A stretch of DNA of 64,000 bases from an uncultured Lachnospiraceae bacterium (GTDB lineage: Bacteria; Bacillota; Clostridia; Lachnospirales; Lachnospiraceae), in contig CAMWHJ010000005.1 in assembly GCA_947174015.1 (NCBI GenBank), positions 5,014 through 69,013 of the forward strand. Reading direction: 5' to 3'. The notes under the pieces were generated by a model, which saw nothing but the letters and a program-made list of their open reading frames with translations, was not told where the DNA came from and did no database searches. The translations under genes and the position numbers were made by a program. Below, one piece after another: positions 40,276-49,512 of this stretch. Numbering within the stretch: the first letter of the stretch is position 1; every line of letters begins with the position of its first letter.

Positions 40276-40288
40276 ACAAAAAACAGAG

Positions 40289-40312
40289 GCTATAAGCATA
40301 TTTGCTTATAGC
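40289..40312 (+). other. Hairpin between cheD and the next small gene
   Basis: GCTATAAGC and GCTTATAGC form a 9-bp stem with a 6-nt loop. No clear T tract. Confidence 0.3.
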
Positions 40313-40361
40313 ATATCGTGTTTATGGACATTCTGTGTATTGGAAAACGGAGGGACTTTGT

Positions 40362-40679
40362 ATGAAGACAAAATATATATCAGCACTAATTACCTTAAGT
40401 GCAGGGGCAGTTGCAGCACTGGTGGGAACCATTTGCGGTATGCCTTCCAATGTATTTATTCGAAGTATATTAATTACCTTGTTTGCATTTTTTTTGATGG
40501 GTCTGTTGGTGGAGAAGGTGATCTTTGTTACCATTGCACCGGATGCTTCCAGAGATGAATCAGAGCATTTTGAGAATATTGAAGAGGTGATTCGCAAGGA
40601 AGAGGAGTATGATGAAAAATATAATAATGGAAAAAAGGCAAAAAATAAGTCAGAGGTAAAACGAATTCCCTTGAGTTAG
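40362..40679 (+). CDS. Small two-TM membrane protein with a Lys/Glu-rich tail, unknown function
   Basis: ATG 40362 gives MKTKYISALITLSAGAVAALVG... Two hydrophobic segments, then a charged tail. Positioned just upstream of sigD. Confidence 0.55.
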   Translation: MKTKYISALITLSAGAVAALVGTICGMPSNVFIRSILITLFAFFLMGLLVEKVIFVTIAPDASRDESEHFENIEEVIRKEEEYDEKYNNGKKAKNKSEVKRIPLS

Positions 40680-40718
40680 TTTTCAATGACAAAAATGCAT
40701 TTAGGAGCGGAGGCTAGT

Positions 40719-41495
40719 ATGAATGAAGCAGGAAAAAAAGAATTGTGGGATTTATATACTTCGAATAGAAGTCCGGAATTAAGAGAACAAATTATAATAG
40801 AATATGCTCCATTGGTAAAGTTGGTAGCCGGCAGACTGAGTATGTATTTAGGGTACGTGGTGGAATATGATGATTTGGTGGGCTATGGGATTTTCGGCTT
40901 AATAGATGCAATAGATAAATTTGACAATGATAAATCAGTAAAGTTTGAGACTTATGCTTCTCTGAGAATCAGAGGGGCAATCTTGGATCATATTAGAAAA
41001 ATGGACTGGATTCCAAGAACCTTGCGACAGAAGCAGAAGAGAATGGAGACGGCAATCAAGGAATTGGAGACAGAACTGGGCAGAAATGCCACAGATGCAG
41101 AGGTGGCAAAGCGTATCGGCATCACAGAGTCGGAATTGGTAGGTTGGCAGTCCCAGATGAAGATTACCAATATTATTTCTTTAAATGAATATATGGATGC
41201 AGAGACAGAAGCCGGTTACGGAGCAGACATTCCCGATCGCAAGCATTTTACCCAGCCGGAAAAAGCAGCAGAGGATAAGGAGATAAAGGGCAGGCTTTTG
41301 GATGCACTGGAACTATTGACAGACAAAGAGAAGAAGGTTATTCTGCTGTACTATTATGAGGAACTGACATTGAAAGAAATTAGTGAGATTTTGGGTGTAT
41401 CAGAATCCAGAGTATCACAATTACATACAAGAGCACTGCAGAAGATGAAAAAGAAATTGGGAAACTATACGGGGATTTTCAGTGAAGTTTGGTGA
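40719..41495 (+). CDS. sigD: flagellar sigma-28 factor (SigD/FliA)
   Basis: Sigma-70 family regions 2, 3 and 4 (YASLRIRGAILDHIRK; LTLKEISEILGVSESRVSQLHTRAL). AGGAGCGGAGG lies upstream of ATG 40719. Confidence 0.9.
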   Translation: MNEAGKKELWDLYTSNRSPELREQIIIEYAPLVKLVAGRLSMYLGYVVEYDDLVGYGIFGLIDAIDKFDNDKSVKFETYASLRIRGAILDHIRKMDWIPRTLRQKQKRMETAIKELETELGRNATDAEVAKRIGITESELVGWQSQMKITNIISLNEYMDAETEAGYGADIPDRKHFTQPEKAAEDKEIKGRLLDALELLTDKEKKVILLYYYEELTLKEISEILGVSESRVSQLHTRALQKMKKKLGNYTGIFSEVW

Positions 41496-41518
41496 CAGAA
41501 AGCGAAAGAGGTGGTTTT

Positions 41519-43120
41519 ATGGGGAAGAGGAATGGATACTTCCAGCTAATTATTAAAGAACAGGGAACATTTTTACGAATATACCCTCCTGTGGAGGGTG
41601 GAGAAAAGGTTACTACATCAGAGGCGGCGGCATATCTTACAAGAGAGAAGCTGACAGCTTTTGATGTAAGGGCACTGAACGAAGTCATTGTGAAACAGCA
41701 GGATGCACCAGTGGAACTTTTGGTTTCTTCGGAGGCGATCATACCGGCAACAGAAATTCTTGCAGTAACCATATCTGAGGATAAGATGACAGTAAAGGGA
41801 AGATTCTATCCCCCTTCCACAGAGGGAAGAATGTTAGATAAACGGGAAATTATCTCCGATATGGCAATGGCAGGAATCAAAGCAGGTGTGGATGAGGCTG
41901 TTATAGAGGAGTTCTTAGCCAACAGGAAATATTGTACAGATTATATACTGGCAAAGGGATTCCAGCCGGTACAGGGCAAGGATGCGGTAATTACCTATCA
42001 TTTCAATACAGAAATCAATTTAAGACCCACCGTCCATGAGGATGGTACTGTGGATTACCATGAGTTGAATAATATTGCCAGAGTGAATGAGGGGCAGGTA
42101 ATCGCAACTCTTACCAAGGCAGATCCGGGGCATGCCGGCTTAAATGTGTGTGGTGAGGTGATTCGCCCAAGAGAAGTAAAGAAGCTTCATCTTTCACCGG
42201 GAAAAAATATGGTGTTGTCTGAGGACAGATTACAGTTGATTTCTCAAGTGAATGGACATGCTTCTCTTGTGGGAGATATGGTATTTGTATCTAATATATA
42301 TGAAGTACAGGATGTGGATGCCTCTACCGGTGATATCACTTATGACGGAAACGTGCTGGTAAAAGGAAATGTGAGAAGCGGTTATGCTGTCAATGCCAAA
42401 GGGAACATCGAAGTTAATGGTGTGGTTGAGGGTGCAGTATTAAAAGCAGAAGGAGATGTACTGTTGAAGCGGGGAATTCAAGGCATGGGCAAGGCAAAGA
42501 TAGAATGTGCAGGTAATCTGATTGCAAAATTTATCGAAAATGCCCAAATAAGTGCAGGAGGCTTTATCCAGACAGAATCTATAATGCACAGCCATGTAAT
42601 GGCAAAGGAAGAAATTCAGGTTAGTGGTAAGAAGGGCTTTATCACCGGCGGAACAGTGCGCTCCTCTAAAATGATCGCCGCAAAAAATCTTGGTTCGCCT
42701 ATGGGAACAGATACTATTTTAGAAGTAGGGGTGGATCCCATACTCAAGGAGAAATACCAGACCATGCAGATGGAAATTAAGGAGTCAGAGAAAGTTCTTG
42801 CCACAACGAAGCCAGTGTTTACTGCTTTTATCAAAAAATTGTCTTCCGGAGAAAAATTTTCCAAGGAACAGGCGGCAAAGGTGCAAGAGCTGCAAAAGAC
42901 AATAACCGCCAATGAACAGCGTATCAGCAACAATGTGAAAGAAATGGAAGGAATTGAAGATATACTGCAGGCAGAGACAAATGCATGTATCAAAGCACAG
43001 GGAAATGTCTATACAGGCGTAAAGATTGTGATTTCGGACTGTACCTTATTCGTACGGGAAAATTTAACATTTTGCCGTTTCGTTCGGGAGAAAGGTGAGA
43101 TTAAGGGATATACGTTGTAG
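41519..43120 (+). CDS. FapA (DUF342) family flagellar-assembly-associated protein
   Basis: About 530 aa with a beta-helix-like repetitive core (GNVxxGxxV repeats, GDITYDGNVLVKGNVRSGYAVNAKGNIEVNGVVEG) and a C-terminal coiled coil. Confidence 0.8.
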   Translation: MGKRNGYFQLIIKEQGTFLRIYPPVEGGEKVTTSEAAAYLTREKLTAFDVRALNEVIVKQQDAPVELLVSSEAIIPATEILAVTISEDKMTVKGRFYPPSTEGRMLDKREIISDMAMAGIKAGVDEAVIEEFLANRKYCTDYILAKGFQPVQGKDAVITYHFNTEINLRPTVHEDGTVDYHELNNIARVNEGQVIATLTKADPGHAGLNVCGEVIRPREVKKLHLSPGKNMVLSEDRLQLISQVNGHASLVGDMVFVSNIYEVQDVDASTGDITYDGNVLVKGNVRSGYAVNAKGNIEVNGVVEGAVLKAEGDVLLKRGIQGMGKAKIECAGNLIAKFIENAQISAGGFIQTESIMHSHVMAKEEIQVSGKKGFITGGTVRSSKMIAAKNLGSPMGTDTILEVGVDPILKEKYQTMQMEIKESEKVLATTKPVFTAFIKKLSSGEKFSKEQAAKVQELQKTITANEQRISNNVKEMEGIEDILQAETNACIKAQGNVYTGVKIVISDCTLFVRENLTFCRFVREKGEIKGYTL

Positions 43121-43161
43121 AAGCTTGTGGGAGTGAAAGAGAGAAGAAAGAAGGAAAAAAC

Positions 43162-43488
43162 ATGTCATCACTAATCAGACCTATTGATATGAGCGGAGTT
43201 GTGCAGCGCTCTCAGGATGTTTCTCAAGTGAAGCATCAGGAGGACAATAAGTCCTTGGTAGACCATCAGAATTTCAGTCAACACTTTGACAAAGAAGTGA
43301 AACATCAGTTGGATAGTGTCAAAAATTCTCAGAAGGGTGAGAAAAAGAAAGAGGATTATGATGCAAAGAATAAGGGAAATGGGAGAGAATATGAAGAGCA
43401 GAAGAAGGGAAAGCAGAAAAAGAAAAAAGATGCAGATTCAGATAAAGTAACCCAAAAAAGTCAAAGCAGTTTTGACATTCGCATTTAA
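43162..43488 (+). CDS. Small Lys/Gln-rich hypothetical protein
   Basis: 108-aa ORF with an RBS (GAAGGAAAAAAC) and no TM segment. The C-terminal half is extremely basic. No recognisable domain. Confidence 0.6.
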   Translation: MSSLIRPIDMSGVVQRSQDVSQVKHQEDNKSLVDHQNFSQHFDKEVKHQLDSVKNSQKGEKKKEDYDAKNKGNGREYEEQKKGKQKKKKDADSDKVTQKSQSSFDIRI

Positions 43489-43499
43489 GGAGATTTGGA

Positions 43500-44462
43500 A
43501 TGAAGACATTAGAGGTAATTCTTTTGATTTTAGGAGTTGGTGCTTATGTTGCCAGTTTCGTTGTGCCGGAGAAAGCCGGAAAGAAAGAAGCAAAGGACAT
43601 CAGTGAGGAAGAGATCAAGAAGATTATTCAGGAACAGATACCTACGGCTGCAAAGCAGATTGAGGAAGAGACAAGAACACAGGCTGAGGCTGCAGTAAAT
43701 CAGGCGGTGTCTGAGGCAGGCGAAAAGACGGAACGGGAGCTGGAAAAACTTACCAACGAAAAGATCATGGCAGTGAATGAATACTCAGATACCGTTTTAG
43801 AGGAAATTCAAAAAAACCATTCAGAGGTGATGTTCCTTTACAGTATGCTGAATGATAAGGAACAGGAAGTGAAAGATACTTTAAAAGTAATCAATCAGGC
43901 AAAGGCAGAGTCTCAGGGTTTTTTTGAGAAAACCGTAGCTATTGTGGATAAGGTGGATCAGGAATTTGACCGTGTGACCAATGAATTAAAGGTTTACGAA
44001 GATAAGGCAAATTCCTGTATGGAACAAGTACAGGCACAGATTGATGAAGTGATGAAGAAACCTATCATGGCTCCGGAAACGACAGCAGTGCAGACACCTG
44101 AGACAGCAGCAGAGCCTTCCATGGCGGCAGAACCTGTCAAGGAAGAGGAAAGTCTGGACGATACAAGGGATGAAGAGTTTGAACAAAAGCTTATAAGTAC
44201 CCTTCATTCGATTATTCCTGAATTTGATTTTGAAGATGCCAATGCGGTGGAATTGGGGTCAGAGGATGGAGAGGGATTTGAGGTGACGGAGGAACCACCT
44301 GAGAAAAAGTCTCATTTTTCTTTCTTAAAAGGGCAGGAAAAGAGCAAAAATGAACAGGTCAAAGAGCTTTATATGCAAGGTCTTTCTGAAGTGGAAATTG
44401 CCCAAAAGCTATCCATTGGACGAGGCGAAGTGCGTCTGATTATTGGCTTAATGGAACGATAA
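43500..44462 (+). CDS. Membrane-anchored coiled-coil protein with a C-terminal HTH-like segment, unknown function
   Basis: N-terminal TM segment, a long acidic coiled coil, and the C-terminus ELYMQGLSEVEIAQKLSIGRGEVRLIIGL, which resembles a sigma-70 region-4 / LuxR-type HTH. Confidence 0.65.
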   Translation: MKTLEVILLILGVGAYVASFVVPEKAGKKEAKDISEEEIKKIIQEQIPTAAKQIEEETRTQAEAAVNQAVSEAGEKTERELEKLTNEKIMAVNEYSDTVLEEIQKNHSEVMFLYSMLNDKEQEVKDTLKVINQAKAESQGFFEKTVAIVDKVDQEFDRVTNELKVYEDKANSCMEQVQAQIDEVMKKPIMAPETTAVQTPETAAEPSMAAEPVKEEESLDDTRDEEFEQKLISTLHSIIPEFDFEDANAVELGSEDGEGFEVTEEPPEKKSHFSFLKGQEKSKNEQVKELYMQGLSEVEIAQKLSIGRGEVRLIIGLMER

Positions 44463-44494
44463 AAAAATATACAGAAAGGCTTGGGGTAAAAAAG

Positions 44495-45163
44495 ATGAAT
44501 TTGAAATATTTTTTACGAGGATTAGGTAGCGGTGCGGTAATCACTGCATTGATATTATCCATTGCTCACAGCAGCGATGGAAATGCCCTGTCGGATGAGG
44601 AGATTATCCGGCGGGCAGAGCAACTGGGAATGGTGCAGCAGGAGGAGTTGTTGTCGGAGAACACAAAGAATCCTTCCGTGACAGAGGCAGCGGATGTAAC
44701 TGCTGCTGGCGAAGAACCAGAGGAAACAGCATCCGATTTGGAGAATTCTGAGAATCAAGATACTCAGGAGAGTGGTAAAACAACAGGGGGGCCAGACAAG
44801 AATTTTTCAGATGATATTCTTGCCATGGCAACGGAGGCAGCAAAGCCAAGCAAGGAGACAGAGCCCACTAAGGCAGAGAACACAAATGCCCCATCACCTA
44901 CAAAGGAACCCACAGATACACCGCAGCCCACCGAGACACCTGCTCCGGAATCAGCGGAGAAGAAGGTTATTACGATTGTGTCTGGTATGTGGTCGGATCA
45001 GGTGGCAAGAGAACTTCAAAATATGGGTGTGGTTGAGGATGCCAAAGATTTTGACCAGTTCTTAGTGAAAAACGGATATGCCAACCATATTGTGGTAGGT
45101 ACTTTTGAGATACCTGCAAATGCTTCTTATGAGGATATTGCACATATAATCACCAATCGGTAA
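44495..45163 (+). CDS. Membrane-anchored protein with a Pro/Thr/Glu-rich linker and a small globular C-terminal domain, unknown function
   Basis: TM segment at the N-terminus, a low-complexity linker, and a C-terminal domain of about 70 aa (VITIVSGMWSDQVARELQNMGVV...). Confidence 0.65.
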   Translation: MNLKYFLRGLGSGAVITALILSIAHSSDGNALSDEEIIRRAEQLGMVQQEELLSENTKNPSVTEAADVTAAGEEPEETASDLENSENQDTQESGKTTGGPDKNFSDDILAMATEAAKPSKETEPTKAENTNAPSPTKEPTDTPQPTETPAPESAEKKVITIVSGMWSDQVARELQNMGVVEDAKDFDQFLVKNGYANHIVVGTFEIPANASYEDIAHIITNR

Positions 45164-45177
45164 AGATAGGAATCGAT

Positions 45178-45804
45178 ATGATATATATTCAAAAAGTGGA
45201 CGAGATCACAGCACAAAGCAGAAAGAGAAACGAAATTCTTCATCAGTGTGCCCATGATCTGCTATGGAGTGCAGTGAAAGAAGAATATCCGGAAATGGCA
45301 GATAAGCTTACCATGCGAAGACAAGAACATGGTAAGCCTTATTTTGTGGAAAAATCTCAGCAGGGAGAGGAATATTCTTCCGAAATTCAATTTAATCTGT
45401 CTCACAGCGGCAGCTATGTTGTCTGTATTGTGGGCGATTCTCCCATGGGAATCGATTTGGAAAAGCTCCGTCCTTATAATGAGAAGGTGGCAAAAAAGAT
45501 TCTTCACCAACGGGAATGGGCAGTGTTAGAGACTTCCAGACAAAAAGAAAGGGATTTTATTCGATTTTGGACCTTGAAAGAGGCTTATGGGAAATATACT
45601 GGCAAAGGGCTGGGAGAGGATATGAAGAGTATATTTTTTGCTTGGGATATCGAGGGAAAAATATGCTGTAGCGATAAGGAGGTTTTTGCTTTTCAGTGGT
45701 TTGTTGAGGGAGAATATTATCTGTCTGTCTGTGTGTCTAAGACAGCAGGAGATATGAAAACATTGACGAATTTCAGGAGAAGTGATAAAATCTATACTTG
45801 TTAA
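45178..45804 (+). CDS. Sfp-type 4-prime-phosphopantetheinyl transferase
   Basis: GKPYF, FNLSHSGSYVVC, GIDLE and FWTLKEAYGKYTGKG motifs. Confidence 0.8.
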   Translation: MIYIQKVDEITAQSRKRNEILHQCAHDLLWSAVKEEYPEMADKLTMRRQEHGKPYFVEKSQQGEEYSSEIQFNLSHSGSYVVCIVGDSPMGIDLEKLRPYNEKVAKKILHQREWAVLETSRQKERDFIRFWTLKEAYGKYTGKGLGEDMKSIFFAWDIEGKICCSDKEVFAFQWFVEGEYYLSVCVSKTAGDMKTLTNFRRSDKIYTC

Positions 45805-45819
45805 GAAAGGAAGAGCTGT

Positions 45820-46314
45820 ATGCGTTATCATAATATTACCAAAGATGATATGCTCAACGGCGATGGATTGCGTGTTGTCCTTTGGGTATCAGGATGTAAC
45901 CATTGCTGTAAGGGCTGTCAGAATCCGGTTACATGGGATGGTGAGGGAGGCATTCTTTTTGATGAAAAGGCAAAGCAGGAGATATTTCAGGAACTGGAAA
46001 AGCCTTACATATCGGGACTCACCCTCAGCGGCGGCGATCCATTATATACCAGCAATGCCTATGAGATCACAGAACTGGCAAAGGAAGTGAAAAGCAGGTT
46101 TCCGTCAAAGACCATCTGGTTGTATACAGGATATGAATGGGAAGTTATCATGGATTATCCGGTGATGCAGTATGTAGATGTGGTGGTGGATGGAAAATTC
46201 ATCCAAGCAAAACAAGATAATCAGCTTCGTTGGAAAGGAAGTTCCAATCAGAGAGTGATTCGTGTGGCAGAGACTCAAAAGCAGGGAAAGGTTATTCTTC
46301 ACTGTGAGGATTGA
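45820..46314 (+). CDS. nrdG: anaerobic ribonucleoside-triphosphate reductase activating protein
   Basis: Radical-SAM cluster motif in VVLWVSGCNHCCKGCQNP. 164 aa. Confidence 0.85.
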   Translation: MRYHNITKDDMLNGDGLRVVLWVSGCNHCCKGCQNPVTWDGEGGILFDEKAKQEIFQELEKPYISGLTLSGGDPLYTSNAYEITELAKEVKSRFPSKTIWLYTGYEWEVIMDYPVMQYVDVVVDGKFIQAKQDNQLRWKGSSNQRVIRVAETQKQGKVILHCED

Positions 46315-46336
46315 GTCATAAGTTTAGGAGGAGCAT

Positions 46337-46858
46337 ATGAAAAGAATAGCAAAGTTTCATAAAGTTAGTTTGGAGAGATATATAGAAGACTGGGAAAGCT
46401 TATTTGGAGATGAACCAAAGAGTGTAACAGAAGAAAAATACAATAATATTAAGTTGCCAAAACGTGCTACCAAGGGATCCGCAGGCTATGATTTTTTTGC
46501 ACCACAGCATTTTTCCTTAGAGCCGGGGAAAACCATCACCATTCCCACCGGAATCCGGGTGGAAATGGAAGAGGGATGGGTGCTGAAATGTTATCCCAGA
46601 AGTGGTTTGGGATTTAAATTTCGTCTGCAGTTAAACAATACAGTGGGAATTATTGACAGTGATTATTTCTATTCAGACAATGAAGGTCATATTTTTGTAA
46701 AGCTTACCAACGATAGCAATGAGGGAAAAATTTTGAATATCTCCAAAGGTTCTGCTTTTATGCAGGGGATTTTTGTGGAATATGGCATTACCTATGATGA
46801 TGAAGCAGATACCATTCGAAATGGTGGTTTGGGAAGCACCAGCACGGAAAATAATTAA
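46337..46858 (+). CDS. dut: dUTP diphosphatase-like protein
   Basis: dUTPase motifs GSAGYDF, PRSGLG and GIIDSDY, plus a C-terminal GGLGST. Confidence 0.8.
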   Translation: MKRIAKFHKVSLERYIEDWESLFGDEPKSVTEEKYNNIKLPKRATKGSAGYDFFAPQHFSLEPGKTITIPTGIRVEMEEGWVLKCYPRSGLGFKFRLQLNNTVGIIDSDYFYSDNEGHIFVKLTNDSNEGKILNISKGSAFMQGIFVEYGITYDDEADTIRNGGLGSTSTENN

Positions 46859-46871
46859 TAATGAAAAAATG

Positions 46872-46902
46872 GGCGAAACCTCATGGGAGGTTTCGCCATT
46901 TT
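46872..46902 (+). terminator. Rho-independent terminator after dut
   Basis: GGCGAAACCTC and GAGGTTTCGCC form an 11-bp perfect stem with a 4-nt loop, followed by ATTTTC. Confidence 0.8.
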
Positions 46903-46917
46903 CAATCAATTCTCCTA

Positions 46918-46946
46918 TTGACAAACCTATGGGAAACCCTTATACT
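46918..46946 (+). promoter_or_regulatory. sigma-A promoter of fabH
   Basis: TTGACA, 17-nt spacer, TATACT. Confidence 0.6.
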
Positions 46947-46959
46947 TTGATTAGGAAAT

Positions 46960-46976
46960 AGTTTGATAATCAAAAT
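46960..46976 (+). promoter_or_regulatory. FabT-type (MarR-family fatty-acid regulator) operator-like palindrome
   Basis: AGTTTGATAATCAAAAT contains the perfect palindrome TTTGAT-A-ATCAAA, 14 nt downstream of the -10 box. It resembles the streptococcal FabT site ANTTTGATTATCAAATT as I recall it. Confidence 0.45.
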
Positions 46977-46990
46977 ATTAGGAGAAAGCA

Positions 46991-47953
46991 ATGACAACAA
47001 GAGTAATAGGGACGGGAAGCTCAATTCCCGATAGAAATGTGACCAATGATGAGTTAGCGAAGGTAATGGATACTTCAGATGAATGGATTTGCAGCAGAAC
47101 CGGAATTCGCAGCAGAAATATTGCAGTAGAAGAGACCACCACTTCCATGGCTGCGAAGGCAGCAAGAAAGGCTGTGGAAAAATCTGGCATTACACCGGAA
47201 GAAATTGATTTGATTATTGTAGGTACGGTGTCTTCCGATATGTATTATCCCAGTACAGCTTGTCTGGTGCAGGCGGAGTTGGGAGCTGTCAATGCAGTGG
47301 CATTTGATTTGGCTGCCGGCTGTTCCGGTTTTTTGTTTGCCTTGAATACTGCCCATAGCTATTTAAGTTCCGGTATGGCAAAGTGTGCCTTGGTAATTGG
47401 GGCGGAAACTCTGTCTAAGATGATGGACTGGTCAGACAGAAGCACTTGTGTGCTGTTTGGAGACGGAGCAGGTGCAGCGGTGGTAAAGGCAGATACCGTC
47501 GGAATAAGATCGGTGGTTGCCCATTCCGATGGCAGCGGCGGTGATGTACTTACTTGTGAAAACAGAGTCACCAGAAATTTATTAGTACAAAGGGAGCAGC
47601 AGTTTAGCTATACCCAGATGGCAGGGCAGGAAGTTTTCAAGTTTGCGGTAAAGATGGTGCCAAAGTGTATTCAGGAGGTATTAGACAAAGGGGGACTTAC
47701 TGTTGAGGATGTGGATTATTTCCTGTTACATCAGGCAAATAAAAGAATTATTGAATCGGTGGCAAAGCGTCTGAAAGTATCACTGGATAAATTTCCAATG
47801 AATATTGAATGCCATGGCAATACATCTGCCGCCAGTATTCCTATTTTGCTGGATGAACTGGTGGAACAGGGTCGGTTTAAAAAAGGGGACATTATTGTAA
47901 TGTCCGGTTTCGGTGCAGGTCTCACTTGGGGAGCCACACTTTTGGAATGGTAA
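46991..47953 (+). CDS. fabH: 3-oxoacyl-ACP synthase III
   Basis: Active-site AAGCSGF, plus HQAN and GNTSAASI motifs. 320 aa. Confidence 0.92.
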   Translation: MTTRVIGTGSSIPDRNVTNDELAKVMDTSDEWICSRTGIRSRNIAVEETTTSMAAKAARKAVEKSGITPEEIDLIIVGTVSSDMYYPSTACLVQAELGAVNAVAFDLAAGCSGFLFALNTAHSYLSSGMAKCALVIGAETLSKMMDWSDRSTCVLFGDGAGAAVVKADTVGIRSVVAHSDGSGGDVLTCENRVTRNLLVQREQQFSYTQMAGQEVFKFAVKMVPKCIQEVLDKGGLTVEDVDYFLLHQANKRIIESVAKRLKVSLDKFPMNIECHGNTSAASIPILLDELVEQGRFKKGDIIVMSGFGAGLTWGATLLEW

Positions 47954-48025
47954 GGTAAGTATAAAAAACTTTCTTTTTGGCAAACTACTACAAAGAATAG
48001 TAGTATACGGAAAGGAAGTTTTTTT

Positions 48026-49456
48026 ATGAAGATTTTAGAAGAAAAAATCAGAACTGACCTAAAATCCAATATCACATATTTTAATAATATATTAAATGTT
48101 AATCAGAATTTTGATATTGTGTATCGAGTGGTGGAGTTCGGTGGAAAACAGGTATGTTTTTATTTTGTAGACGGTTTTTTGAAAGATGATATGCTGCAGA
48201 AGCTACTGCAATATTTTGCTTCTATTAAGGAGGAAGATATGCCGGAAGATGCCCACAGCATGTCAAAACTTTGTATTCCCTATGGAGAAGTGAACATTTT
48301 AGATGATTGGCAGGCAATTTTGAAAAATCTTCTCTCAGGTATTGCCATTTTATTTATTGACGGCTACAAGGAATGTCTTTCCCTTGACTGCAGAACTTAT
48401 CCTATGCGAAGTGTGCAGGAGCCGGATAAGGATAAGGTGCTGAGAGGATCTAAGGATGGATTTGTGGAGACTTTGGTTTCCAATACGGCACTGATACGAA
48501 GACGTATCCGCACACCGGAGCTTACCATGGAAATTAAGACTGTTGGGGAAAGCTCTAAGACGGATCTTGTGCTTTGTTATATGGAGAATCGAGTTAATAA
48601 GGAATTTTTGAAACAGGTGAAGGAGCGTCTGGATTCCATTAAGGTGGATGCCCTGACTATGAATCAGGAAAGTCTGGTGGAGTGTCTTTATCCCTATAAA
48701 TGGTACAACCCTTTTCCGAAGTTTAAGTTTTCGGAACGTCCTGATACAGCAGCGGCACAGATTTTGGAGGGAAATATTATTATTCTGGTGGATAATTCCC
48801 CCTCCTGCATTATTCTGCCCACTTCTGTTTTTGACATTATCGAGGAGGCGGATGACTACTATTTCCCCCCCATTACGGGAACCTATCTGCGCTGGTGCCG
48901 TTATATTATTACAATGATCACGGTGCTGCTGACACCTTTGTGGCTGCTGTTTGTAAATCATCCCCAGTGGGTACCGGAATGGCTTGCTTTTACAGTGATT
49001 ACCGATGAGATTTATGTGCCGGTGGTGGTGCAGTTATTTATGCTGGAATTTGCCATTGACGGTTTAAAGCTGGCAGCAGTGAATACACCAAATATGCTGA
49101 GTACTCCGTTAAGTGTTATTACAGCATTGGTGTTGGGAGAATTTTCGGTAAAGTCAGGATGGTTTAATACAGAGGCTATGCTGTATATGGCTTTTGTGGC
49201 AGTGGCAAATTATACTCAGCAGAGCTTTGAACTGGGCTATGCACTGAAGTTTTTGCGGATGATCCTGCTGTTGCTGACACAGTTTTTTGGTTTGTATGGC
49301 TTTGCGGGCGGAATTGTACTGATATTGGTGCTGCTGGCAACCAACAAGACCATGTCAGGGGAAAAGTATTTCTATCCGCTGATTCCTTTAAATGTGAAAG
49401 AATTAGGAAAGCGTATACTGCGCAGAAGACTAAAATATGAGGAAATACAGCAGTAG
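48026..49456 (+). CDS. GerA-family spore germination protein (SpoVAF-like, stand-alone A subunit)
   Basis: 476 aa. Soluble N-terminal GerA-type domain (PDKDKVLRGSKDGFVE, LIRRRIR) plus a C-terminal polytopic membrane domain. No adjacent B or C subunit genes. Confidence 0.75.
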   Translation: MKILEEKIRTDLKSNITYFNNILNVNQNFDIVYRVVEFGGKQVCFYFVDGFLKDDMLQKLLQYFASIKEEDMPEDAHSMSKLCIPYGEVNILDDWQAILKNLLSGIAILFIDGYKECLSLDCRTYPMRSVQEPDKDKVLRGSKDGFVETLVSNTALIRRRIRTPELTMEIKTVGESSKTDLVLCYMENRVNKEFLKQVKERLDSIKVDALTMNQESLVECLYPYKWYNPFPKFKFSERPDTAAAQILEGNIIILVDNSPSCIILPTSVFDIIEEADDYYFPPITGTYLRWCRYIITMITVLLTPLWLLFVNHPQWVPEWLAFTVITDEIYVPVVVQLFMLEFAIDGLKLAAVNTPNMLSTPLSVITALVLGEFSVKSGWFNTEAMLYMAFVAVANYTQQSFELGYALKFLRMILLLLTQFFGLYGFAGGIVLILVLLATNKTMSGEKYFYPLIPLNVKELGKRILRRRLKYEEIQQ

Positions 49457-49512
49457 ACAAAAGAAAAGGAACATGATAAACTAAATGGAAATGAAAATGG
49501 GAGGAAAAATCA

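Noticed and set aside
40250-40558. 102-aa ORF, and the longer 125-aa version of the small membrane protein starting at 40302
   Set aside because: Both start inside or before the post-cheD hairpin and lack an RBS. ATG 40362 gives a sensible membrane-protein N-terminus.
45820-46314. nrdG without an adjacent nrdD, considered as an anomaly
   Set aside because: The activase and reductase genes are not always linked. nrdD may simply lie outside this window, so this is not informative.
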